Positions 8,914 through 15,914 of a DNA stretch of 20,000 nucleotides are shown here, one piece after another. The notes beneath the pieces are model-generated. The model saw nothing but the letters and a program-made list of their open reading frames with translations. It made no database searches and was not told the origin of the DNA. The stretch comes from an uncultured virus (IMG/VR IMGVR_UViG_3300017714_004846) (Duplodnaviria > Heunggongvirae > Uroviricota > Caudoviricetes). The DNA is taken from IMG/VR virus record IMGVR_UViG_3300017714_004846; one strand, written 5' to 3'. Numbering within the stretch: the first letter of the stretch is position 1; each line of letters starts with the position of its first letter. Made by a program: the position numbers and the translations under genes.

Positions 8914-9189
8914 TTACTCCCCTAACTTCCAAAATTTAAGGGACTTCATTCGGTCCCACCACGAGGATTCATAACCGAACTTTCGGTGAGCCTGACGCAA
9001 ATCATCTAACACGAATTCTGATAAAACATTGCCAAATACTGTGGCAAGCACACCCACAATTACACCACCTATGATAACTCCATGAATATATTCTCGGCGT
9101 TCTTGGACTACCTTAACAGGAGTGGCCTCTTCGGTTTCTTCGGTAGCATAAGTGTGCTGACACGAAGGGCAGGTCTGATTAGGAAGCAT
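8914..9189 (-). CDS. Small membrane protein with N-terminal CxxC, ~91 aa
   Basis: MLPNQTCPSC...; TM segment GVIIGGVIVGVLATVFGNVL. SD GGGGAGG at 9199-9205 favours ATG 9189 over 9207. Confidence 0.7.
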   Translation of the reverse strand: MLPNQTCPSCQHTYATEETEEATPVKVVQERREYIHGVIIGGVIVGVLATVFGNVLSEFVLDDLRQAHRKFGYESSWWDRMKSLKFWKLGE

Positions 9190-9466
9190 CCGTGGTTTCC
9201 TCCCCATTTTTTAAGGACTCAATAACGAAATAACTAATAACCAAAATGGGGACACTGAACAGAGCAATATCGTGTTTTTCCAGATGTTTAACTGGATTTC
9301 CATGTGTTTTAGCGGTGCGACTTAGATTGCCCAAGGTGGACAAAAAGAATGCTAACGAGCCTACTGCGCCCAACATGGTTGCTCTCCATGCTTTACGAGC
9401 CACATTTTTCTCGGCTTCTTTTTGAGCCTCTACTTTATTAGAAATTTCTGATTTATCGTCTTCCAC
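9179..9466 (-). CDS. Small membrane protein with two hydrophobic segments, ~95 aa
   Basis: GTG start at 9466 after SD GGTGA (9471-9475). Segments MLGAVGSLAFFLSTL and IALFSVPILVISYFVI. Confidence 0.7.
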   Translation of the reverse strand: MEDDKSEISNKVEAQKEAEKNVARKAWRATMLGAVGSLAFFLSTLGNLSRTAKTHGNPVKHLEKHDIALFSVPILVISYFVIESLKNGEETTDAS

Positions 9467-9470
9467 GCTA

Positions 9471-10061
9471 TCACCCAGTAATTTTCTTAACAGCCATACC
9501 AATAGAAATCAGTGCTAATCCACCAAAAATGAAAGTGGTGGGTTGTATTTGGTATTTAGCAGAATCAGAATTTTCGGCTCCAAAGAATTTCTGATACCAA
9601 GATTCCGAACCGGGCTGTGTTTCTTCAGTGGGTGAAGTAGTGACTGTGTTGCTGGATGCAGGGTCTGTGGTGCGGCAACCAAAAGTGGGCCACAATGGAT
9701 TACAAACACGAGAATTATACATTTTTCGGGAAAAACTACCGGGTGCAACATTGGTAATGTAATTCCAATCTTGAGGGTCTGCACCTCCAGAGGGCATAAT
9801 ACCAAAAATTCCTGCAAGTCCACTCATAGTCCATGGTAGACCTCCAGCACCATAGGGTTGATAGGCATTTCCGTCTTGGTTTAAAACCGTATAATTGATT
9901 TGCCATGCTGTTCCAGCGGCGGAAGTGGCACCTTTAGAAAGAGGATTACCTGCGGAATCATACCCAATAATTTCTTCTTTTGCTCCCGATGAGGGGTTGG
10001 TGACATAGCAACGACGAGAATAAAGGTCACCCGGGTCGCAAGAAATGTTATATCCAGACAT
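9471..10061 (-). CDS. C-terminally membrane-anchored protein with Cys pairs and an FGAE motif, ~196 aa
   Basis: Start reassigned to ATG 10061 (MSGYNISC), downstream of the TATA box at 10090-10098. Four Cys, T/S-rich linker, KFFGAE, C-terminal TM TTFIFGGLALISIGMAVKK. Confidence 0.7.
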   Translation of the reverse strand: MSGYNISCDPGDLYSRRCYVTNPSSGAKEEIIGYDSAGNPLSKGATSAAGTAWQINYTVLNQDGNAYQPYGAGGLPWTMSGLAGIFGIMPSGGADPQDWNYITNVAPGSFSRKMYNSRVCNPLWPTFGCRTTDPASSNTVTTSPTEETQPGSESWYQKFFGAENSDSAKYQIQPTTFIFGGLALISIGMAVKKITG

Positions 10062-10099
10062 AATAACCAAGTATATTTGGTTGTTGCTGTTATTTAAAC

Positions 10100-11077
10100 T
10101 TACTTCTTGGAATTGCTCCAAGCCCAAACACCGGCTAAACCGATGGCTGCGGTAATCATAGCAATGGTAGCCTTGCTGAATTTTTCGGGAACTTCATTGA
10201 GTGAGTCCACCCCACGAGCCGCATAAATTGTTTCTTCAACATCAGGGCGGTTCATGTAATAGTCCATAGCAACAGGGTCATCCATTTCTTGGAATTCTAC
10301 GATAGAGTCAATAACATCTTCTGCAAATTCATAAGGGAAGGCAACTTCCCACTCATCAGCGTTAGCACCCTTGGTCACAAATACATATCCATCACGAATA
10401 TCATCGTCCATAACTTCTTCCAGATAATTTTTGATAGGAGTGTCTACTACGAAAACCTCTCGTCCTTTAGAATCTTCAAAGGTGTTATTAACCGATTCAA
10501 TAACATCATCAAATTCAGCATCCATATCTTCTACGGCCTCATTTAATGCTTCTTGGTCGGCTTTTCCTGCCGCCATAGGAATTGCGACTTCTTCGGGACT
10601 ATCGCTGGCAATCGCCTTTTTGAGTCGGCTCAGAGCGGAACCACCTTCTGCACGACCCGCCCAGACATAATCATGAGCAGGAAGTGAAGGAACAGCGTCA
10701 GTAGCGGAAACAATTTCTCCGCCAGTGTGTTGTCCAATAATTCTACCATCGCCTACTGGGTCAGTAGATGGTTCGGGAACTAAGAGTTCACCAGAAGATT
10801 CTGCTGGTTCGGAGGCTTCGGCTGCAAAGGCAGCAGGGGCTACTTCTTCAGCAGCATACACAGGAAGAGTTTTGCCCAATTGTTCACAAATTTGGGCTGC
10901 TTCTTGAGCCCCAATCATGCTCTGGCACTTGTGTTCTTTGCCAGTGTCGGGGTTGTGATGAAAACCAATAACTTGATAACGAGAGCCACCGCCTTTGGTC
11001 TTGGTAGCAATGATGTCGCTAACTTCACACTCAACTTTGCGTTTGAGTCCTGTGGAATAGATTTCTCGCATTACCAT
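10100..11077 (-). CDS. Modular, acidic, C-terminally anchored protein (putative virion polyprotein) with a basic N-terminal beta module, ~325 aa
   Basis: ATG 11077 is exactly 22 nt below TATA box CCTAAATAG. Repeated YAAE/FAAE/GRAE/MDAE/EFAE; C-terminal TM ATIAMITAAIGLAGVWAWS. Confidence 0.75.
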   Translation of the reverse strand: MVMREIYSTGLKRKVECEVSDIIATKTKGGGSRYQVIGFHHNPDTGKEHKCQSMIGAQEAAQICEQLGKTLPVYAAEEVAPAAFAAEASEPAESSGELLVPEPSTDPVGDGRIIGQHTGGEIVSATDAVPSLPAHDYVWAGRAEGGSALSRLKKAIASDSPEEVAIPMAAGKADQEALNEAVEDMDAEFDDVIESVNNTFEDSKGREVFVVDTPIKNYLEEVMDDDIRDGYVFVTKGANADEWEVAFPYEFAEDVIDSIVEFQEMDDPVAMDYYMNRPDVEETIYAARGVDSLNEVPEKFSKATIAMITAAIGLAGVWAWSNSKK

Positions 11078-11098
11078 GACTATCACTTGTTCTTTTTA

Positions 11099-11107
11099 CT
11101 ATTTAGG
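11099..11107 (-). promoter_or_regulatory. Archaeal TATA-like box (leaderless gene 10100..11077)
   Basis: AAAA-CCTAAATAG, 22 nt from ATG 11077. Confidence 0.65.
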
Positions 11108-11115
11108 TTTTGGCT

Positions 11116-11664
11116 TTAGAATCCGAAAGTATCTCTTTGGAAAGAACTTCTCACGGAAACGGGTTGTTGTCCCATGGCACTACCATAAATTCCTGTGGTA
11201 TTGGTATTAGGAGAGGCACTTGGGCTCAAAAAGAAGGTGTTTAATCCACCATTAGATTCAGCCCCAAATTTTTGTTGAGCCTCTTCTGCAGCCTGTGTAT
11301 CTTCAGCCTCTACCAATTCAGATTCTAATCTTTCCATTTCGGCTTCCGCAGTTTCCAGAATTTCTTCGTATTTTTCACTCTCTTCATTGGCTTCTAATCC
11401 ACGGAGCAATCCGCCCAAACCAAATCCTAATGGGAAGAGTCCCATCACAGAAAAAACCATGGGTCGGTAATCATATTCACCTTCGGAGGTTAAAAGTTGG
11501 TTATCTTGAACAAATTTATCTACTCCCCAAAGTCCTAAACTACAGATTCCCAGTAGGAGAGGGAAACCCACAGAGGGGTTGCGAAGTTGGTCACGAATAG
11601 GAGTAGATTGAACTGATTCTTCCTCAGCGTCAAAAACAGATGAGCGAAGTTGAGCAAAATCCAT
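11116..11664 (-). CDS. Membrane protein with two TM helices, an acidic coiled coil and FDAE/FGAE motifs, 182 aa
   Basis: TM segments GFPLLLGICSLGLWGV and MVFSVMGLFPLGFGLGGLL; heptad-like EEILETAEAEMERLESELVEAE. Confidence 0.75.
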   Translation of the reverse strand: MDFAQLRSSVFDAEEESVQSTPIRDQLRNPSVGFPLLLGICSLGLWGVDKFVQDNQLLTSEGEYDYRPMVFSVMGLFPLGFGLGGLLRGLEANEESEKYEEILETAEAEMERLESELVEAEDTQAAEEAQQKFGAESNGGLNTFFLSPSASPNTNTTGIYGSAMGQQPVSVRSSFQRDTFGF

Positions 11665-11722
11665 GGGTAACCCTCAAGTATAATTGGTGCGTTTTGTTAT
11701 TTAAGTTTCTCGGTCACCAACC

Positions 11723-11740
11723 TTTGATTCGTAAATCAAA
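11723..11740 (-). terminator. Intergenic hairpin with UACG (UNCG-type) loop; possible terminator or stabiliser
   Basis: TTTGATT-TACG-AATCAAA, a perfect 7-bp inverted repeat just after the stop of 11750..12112 and before the next TATA box (11697-11705). Confidence 0.4.
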
Positions 11741-11749
11741 TTAGGGTAA

Positions 11750-12112
11750 TCAGTTAGCACCGACCGCTGCACCACTATAGTTCTGGCCGAAAGACGGATA
11801 TGATGCCGAAACGCTCATAACATAGGCTGAAAGGTCTGGACCCCACATAATTTGCTCATAAGGACCAGACATAGAATGGTTAAGAGTTTGTCCAACGGCT
11901 TGTCCATTCATGATTCCTCTTTCGGTGGAAACTTTTTGAATGTCCCCATAATTATTAACAATCTGTTGGTCTGTGGCAGGGTCTACTAATTCTTCGGTGT
12001 CAGCACCAAAGGATTCTTTAGAAACACGGTATCCCGCTCTGGCAGCATAGGCAATGACAAACGAAGCCAAAGCAAGGCTTCCGATGTTAAGCAGTGCGTC
12101 TTTTAGAGCCAA
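11750..12112 (-). CDS. N-terminally membrane-anchored protein with an FGAD motif, ~120 aa
   Basis: TTG start at 12112 (MALKDALL) 6 nt after SD GAGGTG (12119-12124). TM segment LLNIGSLALASFVIAYAA. Confidence 0.7.
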   Translation of the reverse strand: MALKDALLNIGSLALASFVIAYAARAGYRVSKESFGADTEELVDPATDQQIVNNYGDIQKVSTERGIMNGQAVGQTLNHSMSGPYEQIMWGPDLSAYVMSVSASYPSFGQNYSGAAVGAN

Positions 12113-12122
12113 GATATACACC

Positions 12123-13343
12123 TCAGTTATCGCCAAAGACCATTCCGATTGCAGCAGAGGCTACAATTGCACCAGCAGAGAGTAGCATGAATCCCAGACC
12201 AATCTTTGCTCCTGTTTCAACAGGCTTTGCAAGTTCTACTTGGTCAGCAAACATAATGTCGTTTGGTGGAGAAGAAGCCGCACTCAAGCCAGAATCATTT
12301 TCCCACTGAACGATAGCGTTAGTGAGAGATTCAGCGTGGTGTGCAACCTTAGCGTCACCCATGCCTCGGAATCCTGCGGGTTTCTGGGACTTAGCATTGC
12401 TTCGGCGGTCTTGACGCAGAGAGCGTCCCACATCTACATTGCTAATGAATTGTCCCTTAGCGTTGCGAGCAACATATCTTTGTCCACCGTTTAACTTGTA
12501 TCGGTTTCTCTTACCATACTTAGGTGCTTCAAAGGTTTCAGCCGCACGAGTTTTGGTGTATCCCTTTCGCATCTTTTGACTCATTTTCTTATTATAAGCA
12601 CTTTCGCTCATTGGACCGTGGATGGTAGGCTTGTAGCCAATACGACCGTAGCCGTTGAATCCACCAAGGTTAGTCATGATAAAAACATGGAATTTGTTGC
12701 TGGAGCCAGAGGTTTCTGTCAAATAAACTGCAGTGCCAGAGAAACGAGCATTGGAATATTTATCTTTGATTCCTGCCTTAACGGAAGCAACATCTTGTTG
12801 TCCTGCGGGCAAACGAGCCATGGCTTCAAACTCTGCATCCATAGTCATAACATCATCGTATTTGCGACCCATTTCTGAATGGTCTTTATCCATAGCGGAG
12901 GCTTCATCTCTGCGGTCTTTCATAGATTGTGAATGAGAGCCACGATGTCGCATACCCAGTGATTCGTCCATCTTGTCATTATATCCTTGTTCAGCATGGT
13001 GATGATGTCCGTCATGGTCACCAAAACCTCTCTTTCCTGCCTTAGCATAGCGAGTTGGTTTCTTTGAACGCTTATCTTGGGCCAAAGAACGGCCTACATC
13101 TACATTGCTGATAAATTGGCCTTTTGAGTTTCGGGCTACATATCTTTGCTTTCCGTTCAGTTTGTATCGGTTTCGGGTTCCATATTCTACATTAAATTCA
13201 TCCATAGTTTCAGCCTCCATTTTATCGCTGCAGGGGGCGCAGAAAATGGATTCTGCCCCAAGGTCATGTGAGCCACAGCCGCCGCAGTGTGAATGTTCTG
13301 CATCGTGAGATGCAGAGGAGCCGCAGCCACAGGTGTTGCACAT
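12123..13343 (-). CDS. Modular putative virion core polyprotein: Cys/His-rich N-terminus, two basic 40-aa repeats, WGR-like domain, C-terminal TM anchor; 406 aa
   Basis: Three CxxC; duplicated YGxRNRYKLNGxQRYVARNxKGQFISNVDVGRSLxQDxRS; WGR-like YLTETSGSSNKFHVF..YGRIG..KMRKGY; TM IGLGFMLLSAGAIVASAAIGMVF; seven xxAE junctions; TATA box 22 nt upstream. Confidence 0.8.
   Translation of the reverse strand: MCNTCGCGSSASHDAEHSHCGGCGSHDLGAESIFCAPCSDKMEAETMDEFNVEYGTRNRYKLNGKQRYVARNSKGQFISNVDVGRSLAQDKRSKKPTRYAKAGKRGFGDHDGHHHHAEQGYNDKMDESLGMRHRGSHSQSMKDRRDEASAMDKDHSEMGRKYDDVMTMDAEFEAMARLPAGQQDVASVKAGIKDKYSNARFSGTAVYLTETSGSSNKFHVFIMTNLGGFNGYGRIGYKPTIHGPMSESAYNKKMSQKMRKGYTKTRAAETFEAPKYGKRNRYKLNGGQRYVARNAKGQFISNVDVGRSLRQDRRSNAKSQKPAGFRGMGDAKVAHHAESLTNAIVQWENDSGLSAASSPPNDIMFADQVELAKPVETGAKIGLGFMLLSAGAIVASAAIGMVFGDN
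12399..12518 (-). repeat. Internal 120-nt (40-aa) direct repeat, copy 2
   Basis: 35/40 aa identical to the copy at 13065-13184, with many synonymous differences. Confidence 0.9.
13065..13184 (-). repeat. Internal 120-nt (40-aa) direct repeat, copy 1
   Basis: YGTRNRYKLNGKQRYVARNSKGQFISNVDVGRSLAQDKRS; partner copy at 12399-12518. Confidence 0.9.
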
Positions 13344-13364
13344 AGATATTATTTGGCTGTTTTG

Positions 13365-13373
13365 CTATTTAAG
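13365..13373 (-). promoter_or_regulatory. Archaeal TATA box with A-rich BRE-like flank (leaderless gene 12123..13343)
   Basis: AAAA-CTTAAATAG, 22 nt from ATG 13343. Confidence 0.7.
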
Positions 13374-13383
13374 TTTTAAGGAA

Positions 13384-14466
13384 TTATTCTGATTGCTCTG
13401 CCGCCCAATAATCTTGACCTTCTTTGAAATTCAACATAAAATCAGTGACGAAAATGGCTCTACCTGCTGCCACGGTTTCTTCTTCACTACCAGACATTAA
13501 ATTCTCTAATTGACGGATGTTGGCTACTACATTCAAGTGTTTTAGTAAAGACATTGAAGCGGATGCGGCTACATCGGAACAAAGTTGAATAAATTCGGGG
13601 TCTGATAATCTTTCAGGAAAGTTATCATCAGCAATGGCTCCGTTAATGAATTCTAAAACATCTTGTTCTTCAAAAATAACGGGTTGGGTGACTTTTTTCG
13701 TGGGTAAATTTTCGGGTAGTTCCGAAATCTCTACTTCTTCTACAAAGCCCTTGACAAACTTACCAGAGTTATCTCTTTTCTGGAATCTCCAAGATTTGGT
13801 TTCAGCATTATACGCTTCTAAATCTTCGGGCGTTAGCATAAAATTCGCATTGGCTACTTGAAGTTCTATAATGGCTCCTCGTAATTGTGGATACCAATCA
13901 TCATAATTTGCTGACATCCATGCTATCCAATCCTCTATTTGGTCATTAGTAGCATCGGGCTGAACTAAGGGGCAAACGCCGAAGTAGGAACCTTGATGCC
14001 AAGAGTTATATGGCAATCCAGTAACATCACACCGAGCAGGGGTGGGCATCTTATACTTGTATGATGGGGGATATTCCTTTTCTTCAACATTGAACTCTTC
14101 TATCTGTAAATGCTCTATGGCTCGGTCAATGAGGGCCTGACGAGCCGAGGCTTTATCTGCACCTTGTCCATAAGTGCTGATACGAGAGCGACCGTTGTTA
14201 GGTAATCCAAACATTACATCTCCAAAGACCAAGGTTTCTCCATCTCTTTCCATGGTGTGTCCAATGTCAGTCATGATGACTTCGTAATCTTCAGAATTTT
14301 CTTCACTGGCAAAAATTGGGTTGGCTACCAGCCACTCGTTAATAAACCACTTGGGAATATCAACTCCACCATCTACAATATCGCCAAAAACATCCATTTC
14401 ATCTGCACCTGTTTCAGCACTGATGTATTGAGCGTAGGCATAAGCCAAGGATTTCATCCGACCCAT
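13384..14466 (-). CDS. Modular acidic hypothetical protein with FASE/YNAE/WAAE junctions and an RDNSGKF motif, 360 aa
   Basis: ORF with TATA box 21 nt upstream. KRDNSGKFVK resembles the RNxKGQF motif of the neighbouring gene. Confidence 0.75.
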   Translation of the reverse strand: MGRMKSLAYAYAQYISAETGADEMDVFGDIVDGGVDIPKWFINEWLVANPIFASEENSEDYEVIMTDIGHTMERDGETLVFGDVMFGLPNNGRSRISTYGQGADKASARQALIDRAIEHLQIEEFNVEEKEYPPSYKYKMPTPARCDVTGLPYNSWHQGSYFGVCPLVQPDATNDQIEDWIAWMSANYDDWYPQLRGAIIELQVANANFMLTPEDLEAYNAETKSWRFQKRDNSGKFVKGFVEEVEISELPENLPTKKVTQPVIFEEQDVLEFINGAIADDNFPERLSDPEFIQLCSDVAASASMSLLKHLNVVANIRQLENLMSGSEEETVAAGRAIFVTDFMLNFKEGQDYWAAEQSE

Positions 14467-14486
14467 GATAATAATGAGTTCACTTG

Positions 14487-14495
14487 TTATTTAAG
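14487..14495 (-). promoter_or_regulatory. Archaeal TATA box (leaderless gene 13384..14466)
   Basis: AAA-CTTAAATAA, 21 nt from ATG 14466. Confidence 0.7.
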
Positions 14496-14500
14496 TTTAT

Positions 14501-15874
14501 TCAACCATAGTAATTGGTATTATCCGACTCGGAACTGATACCACGCTCTTTCTTGCTTTTCTTTCTTTGATTCAAAAGTAGGTCTAAAGCCGATTCCATG
14601 TGTTGTTGGGAAATATGGGTTTTGTCTTCTTGGTAATCTGATTGTTCAAAAGCCAACATAAAGGCAGTTTGAACCAATTCTTGTAGATATGCCCCAGAGA
14701 ATTCTTCGGTTCTCTTTACTACTTCTTTAACATTAATTTTCTTGGTATTGAATGGAGTCAGATATTTTTCTAAAATCTGTCGGCGGGCTTCAGGTGTGGG
14801 ATAGCCAAATTCAATGCGAGAGTCAAACCTGCCCGGACGGTCTGCCAAAGCCCAATCCAAATGTTGCGGGTAATTGGTGGTAGCAAGTGTAATCACCCCA
14901 GAATTTCTCTCTACGCCACTCAGAGCATTCAGGAATTCTCCCAGAAGTGGATGGTCATGAACTGAAGTTCGGTCTAAACCTCCCAGCGTATCAATATCTT
15001 CAATAATAACCAATGTGGGTGCTAAATGGCGAGCCATTTTATAGATTTCAGAGATTTGGCCCTCGTGTTTGATAGCATCACGAGCCACATAAATAGTGGT
15101 GATATTAGTGGAGTTCATAACTACATTACAACACAAGGTTTTACCTGTGCCGGGTGGTCCAGTAATCAAGACACCACGAGAAGAACGCAAATTCTTTTCC
15201 AGATAAACATTCATGTGTGGAACGAAATTGACAATATTACGGTTAAGAATTTCCATAGAGGACTCTTCCACTACAATATCCGACCAACTGGCTGAAGGAA
15301 CATCCAAAAATTTGAAATCGGCAGTGAATTTTGCATTCTTGAGCAGACCTTGGGTATTGAAGTGGGTTTGCACTTTGTCCCAAAGTTGAGTATATCGGTT
15401 GCCGTGTTGATTGCTGGCTTCAAAGTAGAACTTAATGTCAATTTCATATTGTTCATAGGGCCAAAAAGAGATGACTAAGGGGTGGTTATCCTCACGATGT
15501 CGCAAGAAAAGAGAGAGTTTGTAGGGAATTTTGAAAGTAAGTCCATTGAATTTTTCTTCATTCCAAATTGGTGGGGTTTCAGCATCACCATATTTGTGAT
15601 TCTCTACTTTGATAGTTTCGTATTCTTCATTGATAACTTCCATGAGGGAATAAGCCCACATAATATACTGACGACCAGAATAATCTCGTTGCTTGATTTC
15701 TAAGTTGCTAATATCGGTATTAAAGAATTCAGAAATAGAGGTGTCCATCTGGTCTGATTTATCAATAGAGTTGGCCCAATAATTCAGGGCTTCTTTAATC
15801 GGTTCAACGGGAACAGTGATTTCGCCCATCGGGGTGGTAATTTGAAAGTCGTCAGGCTTAGTCAGGGCTGGCAT
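14501..15874 (-). CDS. Classical-clade AAA+ ATPase (single AAA module, ~190-aa N-domain) with C-terminal HbYX-like motif, 457 aa
   Basis: Walker A GPPGTGKT, Walker B LVIIEDID, sensor-1/SRH TTNYPQHLDWALADRPGRFD, lid FSGAYL; ends ...NTNYYG*. Confidence 0.92.
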   Translation of the reverse strand: MPALTKPDDFQITTPMGEITVPVEPIKEALNYWANSIDKSDQMDTSISEFFNTDISNLEIKQRDYSGRQYIMWAYSLMEVINEEYETIKVENHKYGDAETPPIWNEEKFNGLTFKIPYKLSLFLRHREDNHPLVISFWPYEQYEIDIKFYFEASNQHGNRYTQLWDKVQTHFNTQGLLKNAKFTADFKFLDVPSASWSDIVVEESSMEILNRNIVNFVPHMNVYLEKNLRSSRGVLITGPPGTGKTLCCNVVMNSTNITTIYVARDAIKHEGQISEIYKMARHLAPTLVIIEDIDTLGGLDRTSVHDHPLLGEFLNALSGVERNSGVITLATTNYPQHLDWALADRPGRFDSRIEFGYPTPEARRQILEKYLTPFNTKKINVKEVVKRTEEFSGAYLQELVQTAFMLAFEQSDYQEDKTHISQQHMESALDLLLNQRKKSKKERGISSESDNTNYYG

Positions 15875-15896
15875 ATTTAGTAAGTTCGCTCATTAC

Positions 15897-15905
15897 CTAT
15901 TTGAA
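15897..15905 (-). promoter_or_regulatory. Archaeal TATA-like box (leaderless AAA ATPase gene)
   Basis: TTCAAATAG, 23 nt from ATG 15874. Confidence 0.65.
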
Positions 15906-15914
15906 TAAGAGCCA

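Noticed and set aside
12399..13184. CRISPR-like or mobile-element repeat, or an assembly duplication
   Set aside because: Only two in-frame copies, diverged at synonymous sites; this is an intragenic protein repeat.
14501..15874. Calling the ATPase the genome-packaging ATPase, or naming it ftsH/pan/cdc48
   Set aside because: It has a classical AAA SRH, not FtsK/HerA/A32 or terminase motifs. It has no protease domain, TM segment, second AAA ring or PAN coiled coil, so no gene symbol is justified.
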